64,000 nt of DNA from an uncultured Actinomycetes bacterium (GTDB lineage: Bacteria; Actinomycetota; Thermoleophilia; Gaiellales; JAICJC01). The stretch spans positions 163,946-227,945 of the forward strand of contig CAWJLQ010000011.1 in assembly GCA_963843705.1 (NCBI GenBank). Reading direction: 5' to 3'. A program made the position numbers and the translations under genes. Shown here piece after piece: positions 56,033 through 64,000 of the stretch; position 1 is the first letter of the stretch, and the number at the start of each line of letters is the position of its first letter. The notes below the pieces were generated by a model. The model was not told the DNA's origin. It worked only from the letters and a program-made list of their open reading frames with translations, and did not search any database.

Positions 56033-57219
56033 CGATCGGGCTGCTCGGGCACACGGTCGTCGACACGATCGCCGGCCCCGACGGCTCGCCGTCGACGAGG
56101 CTCGGCGGCACCCCGCTCTACGCTCGCAGGGCGTTGCGCGCGGCGGGCGCCGACTGCGTGGTCGTCACGCGCGGAGCCGACCCCGGCGACGCGATCGTCG
56201 TGCCCGGGGGGCCGGCGTACGACTCCCGGCTGGATCACCGGCACGGCACCCAGCAGGTGCTGGCGCGCATCGGCCTGCCGTTCACGCCCGAGGAGACGAG
56301 GCAGGTCGTGCTGCCCGCGTTTCGCGGCTGCCAGTGGGTGCTCTTGGGCCCGCAATCGTCCGGCGAGCTCCCGCCCGAGACCGTGGCGGTGCTGCGCGCC
56401 GCCGGGCACCGGCTGTGCATCGACGGCCAGGGCCTGGCGCGCGGTCCCGACCCCGGGCCGGTGCGGCTGCGCCGCTTTCCGCCGGAGTGCCTCACGGGCA
56501 TCGAGATCCTGAAGCTGAACGGCGCCGAGGCGCGCGCCGCCACCGGCGGACGGCTCGACCAGCCCAGCCTGCTGGCGCTGGGCGCACCGGAGGTGGTCGT
56601 CACCCTCGGCGCCGACGGCGTGCTCGTGGCGACCGGCGCCGGGCTGTGGGACGTCCCGGGGACGGGGGCCGGCGCCTACGCCGATCCGACGGGCGCCGGC
56701 GACTGCTTCGCGGCCGCCTACCTGCTGACCCGAATCCGCGCCTGCGACCCGGTCACAGCCGCCGGCGAGGCCATGCTGCACACGGACCTTCTCTACCTCG
56801 AGCCACGCGACACAGGCACGCCGGCGGCGGGTACTCTTCGCCCCATGCAGGACAGCGCGATCCGCATCCTCATCGCCGAGGACAACGCGCTCCTTCGCGG
56901 CGTGCTGCGGGACGCGCTGGAGGAGGCGGGCATGACGGTCGTCGGCGAGGCGTCCGACGGGGCCGAGGCGGTCACCGTCGCCGAGCAGACGCTGCCGGAC
57001 GTGGTCGTCATGGACATGCGCATGCCGAACGTCGACGGCATCGAGGCCACGGAGCAGATCGCGGCCGCCGACTGGGCGATGCCGGTGGTCGTGCTCTCCG
57101 CCTACGACGAGCCGCAGATGATCGACGCCGCCCTCAACGCCGGCGCGGCGAACTGCCTGAAGAAGGGCGTCGGGCTCGACGAGCTGATCGACGCGATCCG
57201 CTCGGCCACCGTCGTTTAG
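56029..57219 (+). CDS. PfkB/ribokinase-family carbohydrate kinase fused to a C-terminal receiver (REC) domain
   Basis: GTG at 56029 (GTGA overlap). Motifs LNGAEA and DPTGAGDCF. An intact REC follows with no intervening stop (AEDN, VVVMDMRMP, VLSAY, LKKG). Confidence 0.7.
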   Translation: MTIGLLGHTVVDTIAGPDGSPSTRLGGTPLYARRALRAAGADCVVVTRGADPGDAIVVPGGPAYDSRLDHRHGTQQVLARIGLPFTPEETRQVVLPAFRGCQWVLLGPQSSGELPPETVAVLRAAGHRLCIDGQGLARGPDPGPVRLRRFPPECLTGIEILKLNGAEARAATGGRLDQPSLLALGAPEVVVTLGADGVLVATGAGLWDVPGTGAGAYADPTGAGDCFAAAYLLTRIRACDPVTAAGEAMLHTDLLYLEPRDTGTPAAGTLRPMQDSAIRILIAEDNALLRGVLRDALEEAGMTVVGEASDGAEAVTVAEQTLPDVVVMDMRMPNVDGIEATEQIAAADWAMPVVVLSAYDEPQMIDAALNAGAANCLKKGVGLDELIDAIRSATVV

Positions 57220-57258
57220 AGCCTCACGCGATCCGCGTCCGCTGTCGATAACGCTTGC

Positions 57259-57471
57259 ATGTTCGCGTGGAGCCCGCGCGGGCTCGAGGCGATCGACCGC
57301 GAGCCGGCCTACCTCCGCCAGTCGGAGACGATGGCCTTCCGCATCCTGCGCCACCGGGATGCCGACGCGTTGTGGTCGCAGCTCACGGCCGACACGGTCG
57401 AGTGGCGTTCCCGCAGCTGCAGATGGAGCCGGCGCTGCTCGGACGCTCGCTCTCCCGGTCGCGGTCGCTGA
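57259..57471 (+). other. ORF fragment with a strong coding signal for its first ~49 codons; probably the displaced N-terminus of the GGDEF gene
   Basis: GC3 is near 100% from 57259 to about 57408 in this frame. After that, the coding signal switches to the frame of 57402..58130. Confidence 0.4.
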
Positions 57472-58130
57472 TCTCGAACCATCCCCTGCTGGACGACGAG
57501 CTGACGGAGCTTGGGCGTCGACTCGACGCAGCCGGGTCGGTCGTGCACATCCTGATCCTGCGCGCTCACGGGGAGACCCACGGGCTCGTGGCGGTGCACT
57601 GGATCGCCGCGCCGCGGCCGGGATACGAGCGCCGGGCCGGGTTCCTGCACTACTGGGACAGCGCCGGTCTGGCGGTGGCGACGGCGAACGAGCGGGGGCG
57701 GCTCAAGCAGGCGGCGTTCGTGGACGCGCTCACCGGCCTGCCCAACCAGCGCGCGCTCGACGCCGAGCTCGACCGCCACGCCGGGACGACCCTGTTCGGC
57801 GTTCTGGTGCTCGACTTCAACGGGATGCGGGCGGCGAACGCCGCGTTCCAGAACGACTACGCCCGCGGCGGGGACGTCCTGATCGCGGCCGTTGCCGAGG
57901 CCCTGAAGGGATTCGCCGGCCCACGGGATCTCGCGGCCGGGATGCACACCCGTGGGGACGAGCTCCAGCAGCTCCTGGACGGCCTGAACGTGCCCGGGAC
58001 GCACCGGCACGTCTACCGGGGCGCGTCGGTGGGCGCCGCCGCGCGGCTGCCGGGTGAGTCGCTGGCCGAGGCGCTCGCGCGCGCGTCGGTGGCGATGCAC
58101 GAACGCAAGCGGGCTACTCGGTCGAGATGA
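57402..58130 (+). CDS. GGDEF-domain protein with a degenerate active-site motif (RGDEL); the 5' end is ambiguous
   Basis: FVDALTGLPNQRAL and TRGDELQQLL align to diguanylate cyclase motifs. GTG 57402 or ATG 57423 could be the start if the gene is not frameshifted. Confidence 0.65.
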   Translation: MAFPQLQMEPALLGRSLSRSRSLISNHPLLDDELTELGRRLDAAGSVVHILILRAHGETHGLVAVHWIAAPRPGYERRAGFLHYWDSAGLAVATANERGRLKQAAFVDALTGLPNQRALDAELDRHAGTTLFGVLVLDFNGMRAANAAFQNDYARGGDVLIAAVAEALKGFAGPRDLAAGMHTRGDELQQLLDGLNVPGTHRHVYRGASVGAAARLPGESLAEALARASVAMHERKRATRSR

Positions 58131-59550
58131 AGACGCTCTTCAGCTCGGTGTTGTGCGCGAGCGCCTCCATGCCCAGCTCCTTGCCGACGCCGGACTGCTT
58201 GTAGCCGCCGAACGGCGCCTGCACGAACACGGACGAGTTCGTGTTCACGCCGAGCACGCCCGTCCGCAGCGCCCGCGCCACCCGCAGCTGGCGGGCGCCG
58301 TCACGCGTCCACAGCGAGCCGGAGAGGCCGTACGGCGTGTCGTTCGCGATGCGCACCGCGTCGGCCTCGTCCCGGAAGGTGATCACCGAGACGACGGGGC
58401 CGAAGATCTCCTCCCGGGCGACCGTCATGTCGTTGGTGACGCCGGTCAGCACCGTCGGGCGGTAGAAGTACCCCGCCTCGAGCCCGCCGCCGGGCCGGCC
58501 GCCGCCGGCGACGACCTTTGCCCCCTGCTCGAGGCCGGCCGCCACGTAGCGCTCAACGGTCTCGCGCTGGCCGGCCGAGATCAGCGGGCCGACCTCGGTG
58601 TCGGCCAGCTCGGGCATCCCCACGCGCAGCCGCCGCGCCGTGTCGGCGTAGCGCTCGACGACCTCGTCGGCGACGGACTCCTGCACGATCAGCCGCGAGC
58701 GGGCGCAGCAGTCCTGGCCGCAGTTCTCGAAGACGGCGTACGGCGCCAGCCGCCCCACCTTCTCCAGGTCGGCGTCCTCGAACACGACACAGGCCGACTT
58801 GCCGCCCAGCTCGAGCGTGACCCGCTTGATCGTCGCGGCCGCCCGGCGGGCGATGCCGGCTCCGACCTCGGTCGAGCCCGTGAACCCGATCTTGCCGACG
58901 CCGGGGTGCTCGACGAGCGCGTTGCCGACGGTCGCCCCCGGCCCGGGGACGACGTTCAGGGCGCCGGGCGGGATCCCGGCCTCGACCGCCAGCTCGGCGT
59001 AGCGCAGGACGGTGAGCGGCGTCAGCGAGGCCGGCTTCACGACGACCGTGTTCCCGGCCGCGAGCGCGGGCGCGATCTTCCAGTTGGCGATGTTCAGGGG
59101 GAAGTTCCAGGGCGTGATCAGCCCGACCACGCCGATCGGCTCGCGGAACGTCATGGCGACGCCGTCGCGCTCCACCGGGATCGTGTGGCCGAAGAACTTG
59201 TCGACCGCCCCCGCGTAGTAGCGCAGCACGTCGACGATCATGCCGAGCTGGCCGCGCGCGTCGCCGATCGGCATGCCGACGTTGCGGCACTCGAGCAGGG
59301 CGAGCTCCTCCGCGTGCTCCTCGACGAGCGTGGCGAAGCCGTGCATGCGCCGCCCGCGCGTCACCGGCGAGAGCGCGCCCCACACCTCGTAGGCGGCGCC
59401 CGCCGCCGCGACCGCCCGGTCGACGTCCGCGGGGCCGGCCGACGCCACCTCTGCGAGGCGAGCCGCCGTGGCGGGATTCAGCACCTCGAAGGTCTCGCCC
59501 TCGGCCGCCGCCACCCGGTCGCCGCCGATGACGAGGCCCTCGACGCTCAC
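58114..59550 (-). CDS. NAD(P)-dependent aldehyde dehydrogenase (PuuC-like)
   Basis: Motifs ELGGKS and FENCGQDCCA. 478 aa. Confidence 0.9.
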   Translation of the reverse strand: MSVEGLVIGGDRVAAAEGETFEVLNPATAARLAEVASAGPADVDRAVAAAGAAYEVWGALSPVTRGRRMHGFATLVEEHAEELALLECRNVGMPIGDARGQLGMIVDVLRYYAGAVDKFFGHTIPVERDGVAMTFREPIGVVGLITPWNFPLNIANWKIAPALAAGNTVVVKPASLTPLTVLRYAELAVEAGIPPGALNVVPGPGATVGNALVEHPGVGKIGFTGSTEVGAGIARRAAATIKRVTLELGGKSACVVFEDADLEKVGRLAPYAVFENCGQDCCARSRLIVQESVADEVVERYADTARRLRVGMPELADTEVGPLISAGQRETVERYVAAGLEQGAKVVAGGGRPGGGLEAGYFYRPTVLTGVTNDMTVAREEIFGPVVSVITFRDEADAVRIANDTPYGLSGSLWTRDGARQLRVARALRTGVLGVNTNSSVFVQAPFGGYKQSGVGKELGMEALAHNTELKSVFISTE

Positions 59551-60260
59551 GCAGCCGCCCGCCGGTACGTGGTCGCCTGGGCGACCAGCTCGCGGAAGAG
59601 GGGCGCGCCGCGCACCTCGTCCTCCTCCGGGTGCCAGAGCACGCCGACCGCGAACCGCGCCGCCGGCTGCTCGATCGCCTCGACCGTGCCGTCCTCGGCG
59701 TGCGCGCTCGCGCGCAGCCCCTCCCCGAGCCGGTCGGGCGCCTGGTGGTGGCAGGAGTGCGTGCGCGTGCCGGCGCCCAGCACGTCGGCCAGGCGCGTGC
59801 CGGCGTCGACCGTGACGTCGTGGAACGTGTAGCGCCCCGGCGGCCCCTTGTGGGTCCTCGAGGCCAGGTGCTGGTGCAGGTCGCCCCCGAGCGCGACGTT
59901 CAGAAGCTGCATGCCGCGGCAGATGCCGAGCACCGGCATGTCACGCGCAAGCGCCTCGCGGACGAGGGCCAGCTCGGCGCGGTCGCGGTGGCGGTGCACC
60001 CCGGTGGTCTCGGGATGGGCTCGCTGTCCGTAGAGCGACGGGTCGAGATCGGAGCCGCCCGTGAACACGAGCCCGTCCAGGAGCTCGAGCAGCTCGGTGC
60101 TGCCCTCGACCGGCGGCACGACCACCGGCAGCCCGCCGGCCCGCTCCACCGACGCCGTATAGGCCGCCGGAGCGAGCACGCTGCGGACATCGGTCCACTG
60201 ACCGAACGCGACGGGCAGGTCGTAGGCGCTGACCCCGATCACCGGTCGCTTGCGGTCCAT
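59547..60260 (-). CDS. puuD: Gamma-glutamyl-GABA hydrolase-like class I glutamine amidotransferase (peptidase C26, PuuD-like)
   Basis: Internal ATG at 60260. Nucleophile elbow GICRGMQ, then HHQ and WHPE motifs. Confidence 0.8.
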   Translation of the reverse strand: MDRKRPVIGVSAYDLPVAFGQWTDVRSVLAPAAYTASVERAGGLPVVVPPVEGSTELLELLDGLVFTGGSDLDPSLYGQRAHPETTGVHRHRDRAELALVREALARDMPVLGICRGMQLLNVALGGDLHQHLASRTHKGPPGRYTFHDVTVDAGTRLADVLGAGTRTHSCHHQAPDRLGEGLRASAHAEDGTVEAIEQPAARFAVGVLWHPEEDEVRGAPLFRELVAQATTYRRAAA

Positions 60261-60269
60261 ACCCGCGGG

Positions 60270-60275
60270 AGTATA
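60270..60275 (-). promoter_or_regulatory. -10-like TATACT, 9 nt upstream of the puuD-like ATG at 60260
   Basis: A 27-bp divergent gap separates it from the puuA-like start at 60288. Confidence 0.4.
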
Positions 60276-60287
60276 TGAATAGCGCCG

Positions 60288-61637
60288 ATGGCGCTGACGC
60301 TGGACGAGCTTCGGGCTGATGTCGAGTCGGGTGCGGTGGACACCGTCCTGCTCGTGATGACCGACATGCAGGGCCGGCTCTCGGGGAAGCGCCTGCACGC
60401 GCCGTTCTTCGTCGACGAGGTGGCGGGGCACGGCGCCGAGGGCTGCAACTACCTGCTCGCCGTCGACGTCGACATGAACACCGTCCAGGGCTTCGCGATG
60501 TCCTCGTGGGAGACCGGCTACGGCGACTTCGTGTTCCGGCCCGACCTGGCGACCCTCCGGCGGGTGCCCTGGCTCGAGCGCACCGCCCTCTGCGTCGCCG
60601 ACCTCGAGTGGGAGGACGGCTCGCCCGTGGCGGCGTCGCCGCGCCAGATCCTGCGCCGCCAGCTCGACCGCCTGGCCGAGCGCGGCTGGCACGCGAACGT
60701 CGGCTCCGAGCTCGAGTTCATGCTCTTCCGCGACAGCTTCGACGAGGCCCGCGCCAAGCGCTATCACGACCTGGTCACCGCCAACCCGTACAACGTCGAC
60801 TACTCGATCCTCGGCACGACGATGGTCGAGGACGTGATCCGCCCGATCCGGCTGGGCATGGCCGGCGCGGGGATCCGGGTCGAGGACTCGAAGGGCGAGT
60901 GCAACTTCGGCCAGCACGAGGTGAACTTCCGCTACGCCGACGCCCTGCAGATGGCCGACAACCACTCGATCTACAAGAACGGGGCGAAGGAGATCGCCTA
61001 CCTGCACGGCTGCGCGCTCTCGTTCATGGCCAAGTACGACGAGCGCGAGGGCAACTCGTGCCATATCCACATGAGCCTGTGGGACGGCGACGGCAGCCTC
61101 TCGCCTGGGTCTGACGGCCACGGGCACAGCGAGACGTTCGACCGGTTCGTGGCCGGCCAGCTGGCCGTCACCCGCGAGCTGGCCTACTTCTTCGCGCCCA
61201 ACGTGAACTCGTACAAGCGGTACGCGTGGGGCTCCTTCGCGCCGACGACGCTCGTCTGGGGGCGCGACAACCGCACCTGCGGCTTCCGCGTCGTCGGCCA
61301 CGGCCAGAGCCTGCGCATGGAGAGCCGGATCGCCGGCGCCGACGTCAACCCCTACCTGGCGTTCGCCGCGATGATCGCGGCCGGCCTGCACGGGGTCGAC
61401 AGCGGCCTCGAGCTCGACGCCGCGTACGACGGCAACGCCTACAACGCGGACGGCAAGCCCCGCCTCCCCGGCAGCCTGCATGAGGCGATCGACCTCCTCG
61501 AGGGGTCAGCGGTGGCGAAGGAGGCGTTCGGCGGCGACGTCGTCGACCACTACCTGCATTACGCCCGCACGGAGCAACGCGCGTTCGAGGCCGCGGTGAC
61601 CGACTGGGAGCGGTTCCGCAGCTTCGAGCGGATGTAG
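60288..61637 (+). CDS. Glutamine synthetase family gamma-glutamylpolyamine synthetase (PuuA/GlnA4-like)
   Basis: GS catalytic domain motifs (GSELEFMLF, NSCHIHMSLW, NSYKRY). Confidence 0.85.
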   Translation: MALTLDELRADVESGAVDTVLLVMTDMQGRLSGKRLHAPFFVDEVAGHGAEGCNYLLAVDVDMNTVQGFAMSSWETGYGDFVFRPDLATLRRVPWLERTALCVADLEWEDGSPVAASPRQILRRQLDRLAERGWHANVGSELEFMLFRDSFDEARAKRYHDLVTANPYNVDYSILGTTMVEDVIRPIRLGMAGAGIRVEDSKGECNFGQHEVNFRYADALQMADNHSIYKNGAKEIAYLHGCALSFMAKYDEREGNSCHIHMSLWDGDGSLSPGSDGHGHSETFDRFVAGQLAVTRELAYFFAPNVNSYKRYAWGSFAPTTLVWGRDNRTCGFRVVGHGQSLRMESRIAGADVNPYLAFAAMIAAGLHGVDSGLELDAAYDGNAYNADGKPRLPGSLHEAIDLLEGSAVAKEAFGGDVVDHYLHYARTEQRAFEAAVTDWERFRSFERM

Positions 61638-61648
61638 CGCACGCGAAA

Positions 61649-61684
61649 CGGGCCGCGACCGGGGATCTCCCCGGGCACGGCCCG
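61649..61684. terminator. Nested hairpin between convergent genes (CGGGCCG...CCGGGG-ATCT-CCCCGG...CGGCCCG)
   Basis: Outer 7-bp and inner 6-bp stems, read by eye. Confidence 0.45.
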
Positions 61685-61707
61685 ATCGGGAACGTTGATC
61701 AGGCGTC

Positions 61708-61881
61708 CTACGCCGCCTTGCGCTGCGGCCGACCCGTGACCCTGGCGACGATCCGTGCCCGCCGCTCGCGGCGGCGCTGATCGCGCAGGTTGCGGGCCAT
61801 CCGCATGAAGTACTCCTGCTCCGTCTCGGGATGAGACTCGGCAAACTGGCGCTCTGAATAGATCTGGAACATGCTGGTCAT
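61708..61881 (-). CDS. Small hypothetical protein, 57 aa, with a strongly basic C-terminus (MTSMFQIYSERQFAESHPETEQEYFMRMARNLRDQRRRERRARIVARVTGRPQRKAA)
   Basis: Hand-translated. It falls below the ORF-track length cutoff. GC3 is mostly high, and a consensus promoter lies directly upstream. Confidence 0.45.
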   Translation of the reverse strand: MTSMFQIYSERQFAESHPETEQEYFMRMARNLRDQRRRERRARIVARVTGRPQRKAA

Positions 61882-61887
61882 ACTCCC

Positions 61888-61915
61888 ATTATAGCGGTGG
61901 CGTATGACCTGTCGA
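61888..61915 (-). promoter_or_regulatory. Near-consensus promoter: -35 TCGACA, 16-nt spacer, -10 TATAAT, 6 nt before ATG 61881
   Basis: TATAAT at 61893..61888 and TCGACA at 61915..61910 on the minus strand. The region is AT-rich. Confidence 0.55.
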
Positions 61916-61981
61916 CAGTCTATTCGTTCAGCTCAATACTCTTTTGGGTGAAGAAATGTTGAGATTTGAGGTAGGCCGCGT

Positions 61982-63064
61982 TCAGGCGACGGTGATGTCG
62001 TCGGAGAGGTAGACGTCCTGGATGGCGTGCAGCAGCTCCACGCCCTCCGCCATCGGCCGCTGGAACGCCTTGCGCCCGCTGATCATCCCCATCCCGCCGG
62101 CACGCTTGTTGACGACCGCGGTAACCACCGCGTCGTGCATGTCGCTCGCGCCGGAGGCGCCGCCCGAGTTGATCAGCCCGGCGCGGCCCATGTAGCACCC
62201 GGCCACCTGGTAGCGGGTCATGTCGATCGGGTGGTCGGTGAGCAGCTCCGAGTAGACGCGCTTGTCGGTCTTGCCGAACTTGAGGTCGAGGAAGCCCGGC
62301 GCGGCGGTCTGGGGCGCCTTCTGCTTGATGATGTCGGCCTCGATCGTGACGCCCAGGTGGTTCGCCTGGGTGGTCAGGTCGGCGGCCACGTGGTAGTCGG
62401 GCCCGCCGTCCTTGGGCGAGAACGCGGAGTTGCGCAGGTAGCACCAGAGCACGGTCGCCATGCCCAGCTCGTGTGCCGCAGCGAAGGCCGTCGACACCTC
62501 CTGGATCTGCCGCTTCGACTCGGCCGATCCGAAGTAGATCGTGGCGCCGACGGCGACGCAGCCCTGCTCGCGCGCCTGGCGGACGGACGCGAACATGATC
62601 TGGTCGTAGGCGTTCGGATAGCTCAGGAACTCGTTGTGGTTCAGCTTGAGCAGGAAGGGGATGCGGTGCGCGTACCGGCGGGCGGTGGCGCCGAGGGCGC
62701 CCAGCGTCGTCGCGACGGCGTTGCAGCCGCCCTCGATCGCGAGCTCCACGATCCGCATGGGGTCGAAGTAGTCGGGATTCTTGGCGAACGACGCCCCCGC
62801 CGAGTGCTCGATGCCCTGGTCGACCGGCAGGATCGACAGGTACCCCGTCCCGCCCAGCCGGCCGTTGTCGAACAGCGTCTGCAGGGAGCGCAGGACGGGC
62901 GTCGGGCGGTCGGACTGGGCGACGACGCGGTCGACGAAGTCCGGCCCCGGCAGGGAGAGCCGGTCACGCGAGATCGTCTTGCAGGTGTGGCCGAGCAGGG
63001 ACTCGGCGTCGTCCCCCAGGATCGTCTCGATCTGGGCGAGGTCGGATGCGGGTGCGATGGCCAT
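61982..63064 (-). CDS. fbaB: Class I fructose-bisphosphate aldolase, FbaB/DhnA type
   Basis: Long collinear similarity to E. coli FbaB as I remember it ([42 protein letters not shown]). SD GAGAGGAG lies upstream. Confidence 0.85.
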   Translation of the reverse strand: MAIAPASDLAQIETILGDDAESLLGHTCKTISRDRLSLPGPDFVDRVVAQSDRPTPVLRSLQTLFDNGRLGGTGYLSILPVDQGIEHSAGASFAKNPDYFDPMRIVELAIEGGCNAVATTLGALGATARRYAHRIPFLLKLNHNEFLSYPNAYDQIMFASVRQAREQGCVAVGATIYFGSAESKRQIQEVSTAFAAAHELGMATVLWCYLRNSAFSPKDGGPDYHVAADLTTQANHLGVTIEADIIKQKAPQTAAPGFLDLKFGKTDKRVYSELLTDHPIDMTRYQVAGCYMGRAGLINSGGASGASDMHDAVVTAVVNKRAGGMGMISGRKAFQRPMAEGVELLHAIQDVYLSDDITVA

Positions 63065-63126
63065 GCTGGCTCCTCTCAGCTCGCCCGTGCAGGCGCGGTG
63101 GTCGGTTTAGACGAAGCTTGCCACGG

Positions 63127-64000
63127 TCAGCCGCCCGCTGCGGGAACCTCGATGTGGCCCCCGAACTGCTTGCGCATCGCCGACAGCACCTTGTTGGCAT
63201 AGGTGCCGTCTCCACGCGAGCTGAACCGCTCGTAGACGGCCGCCGTCAGCACGTAGGCGGGCACGCCCTCCTCGATCGCCGCGATCGACGTCCACCGGCC
63301 CTCGCCGGAGTCCGACACGCGGCCCGAGAACCCCTCGAGCCCCGGCGACTCGCGCAGCGCCGCCGCCGTCAGGTCGAGCAGCCACGAGCCGACGACGCTG
63401 CCCCGCCGCCACACCTCGGCCACCTCGGCCGTGTCGATCGCGTAGCGGTAGTACTCGGGATGGTCGAGCGGCGCCGTCTCCGCGTCGTGCACCTGCTCCC
63501 GCAGGCCGGCGTCGGCGTTCTTGAGGATGTCCAGGCCCTCGGCGTAGGCGGCCATGATGCCGTACTCGATGCCGTTGTGGACCATCTTCACGAAGTGGCC
63601 CGCGCCGTTCGGCCCGCAGTGCAGGTAGCCCTTCTCCGCCATACCCGGATCGCCGGTGCGGCCCGGCGTGCGCTCGGCCGCCTCGACGCCGGGTGCGATC
63701 GTCGCGAAGATCGGCTCGAGCCGGGCGACGACGTCGTCCTCGCCGCCGATCATCAGGCAGTAGCCGCGCTCGAGCCCGAAGACGCCGCCGGACGTGCCGA
63801 TGTCCACGTAGTGGATCCCCTTCGGGGAGAGCTCCGCGGCCCGGGCGATGTCGTCGCGATAGTAGGAGTTGCCGCCGTCGATGATCGTGTCGCCCGGTTC
63901 GAGCAGGGCGGCGACGTCGGCGACGACCGCGCCGGTGACGGCGGCCGGCACCATCACCCAGACCGCCCGCGGGGGATCGAGCTTCGCCACCAGATCGGCG
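63127..64000 (-). CDS. gnd: 6-phosphogluconate dehydrogenase (decarboxylating, short Gnd/YqeC-like form); the N-terminus lies outside the window
   Basis: Motifs [44 protein letters not shown]. The frame stays open to position 64000. Confidence 0.85.
   Translation of the reverse strand, partial: ADLVAKLDPPRAVWVMVPAAVTGAVVADVAALLEPGDTIIDGGNSYYRDDIARAAELSPKGIHYVDIGTSGGVFGLERGYCLMIGGEDDVVARLEPIFATIAPGVEAAERTPGRTGDPGMAEKGYLHCGPNGAGHFVKMVHNGIEYGIMAAYAEGLDILKNADAGLREQVHDAETAPLDHPEYYRYAIDTAEVAEVWRRGSVVGSWLLDLTAAALRESPGLEGFSGRVSDSGEGRWTSIAAIEEGVPAYVLTAAVYERFSSRGDGTYANKVLSAMRKQFGGHIEVPAAGG

Noticed and set aside
56780-56860. The receiver domain as a separate gene starting at ATG (MQDSAIRILIAEDN)
   Set aside because: No stop codon separates it from the PfkB-like domain in the same frame, and no Shine-Dalgarno or TAnnnT signal precedes that ATG. 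A fusion is the more economical reading, though internal initiation cannot be excluded.
58114-61637. The puuA/puuD/aldehyde dehydrogenase cluster as something novel
   Set aside because: It matches the established gamma-glutamylation route for polyamine catabolism. Only its divergent leaderless promoters (60261-60287) are notable, and these are covered by the leaderless finding.
61506-62444. ORFs 61506..61844 and 61920..62444 on the minus strand
   Set aside because: They are Arg/Pro-rich junk translations out of frame with the puuA-like gene, the small ORF and fbaB.

Overview
Very GC-rich (roughly 70% or more by eye, not computed), gene-dense bacterial chromosomal segment. Gene content fits a high-GC Actinomycetota-like lineage, possibly Thermoleophilia or Rubrobacteria; this taxonomic guess is inference only. 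I chose frames by recognisable protein families and by third-position GC. Many long Arg/Pro/Gly/Ala-rich ORFs antisense to real genes are artefacts of the GC content.

Gene order, left to right:
- Sulfur operon comA(partial)-cysH-cysC-sat, followed by two tandem TauE/SafE exporter genes.
- Envelope glycan cluster: LmbE-type deacetylase, GT4, Wzy/O-antigen-ligase-like protein, GT2, GT4, Wzz-like protein, DUF354 and a DegT aminotransferase. It is interrupted by an alkyltransferase-like (ATL) gene, a rhodanese and a LysR regulator.
- DedA, MFS and SRPBCC genes.
- Futalosine-pathway menaquinone genes mqnC, mqnA and mqnE.
- A roughly 700 bp orphan region carrying a 45-bp direct repeat.
- One minus-strand block: ubiD-like, Bacillus-type qcrABC (menaquinol:cytochrome c reductase), ubiX, ubiE/menG and a polyprenyl synthase.
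- A DUF4129-MoxR-DUF58 module.
- hemB and hemL.
- An HTH-XRE/TPR regulator with a TPR-only paralogue.
- AI-2E transporter, a LytM-like protein and YmdB.
- A lipid kinase-DUF4126-phosphodiesterase-GtrA-GT87 operon.
- A CDF transporter with three C-terminal domains.
- A NarL-type two-component operon that also carries a PfkB-receiver fusion and a degenerate, apparently frameshifted GGDEF gene.
- A puuA/puuD/puuC-like polyamine module.
- A 57-codon leaderless ORF behind a consensus promoter.
- fbaB and a partial gnd.

I saw no rRNA, tRNA, CRISPR array, transposase or obvious defence system.

Two patterns recur across the window. Adjacent genes often overlap by 4 nt (ATGA or GTGA), which suggests translational coupling. 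A TAnnnT hexamer sits 6-9 nt upstream of many operon-first start codons, which suggests leaderless mRNAs.

All family calls rest on motif recognition by eye. No database search was run.
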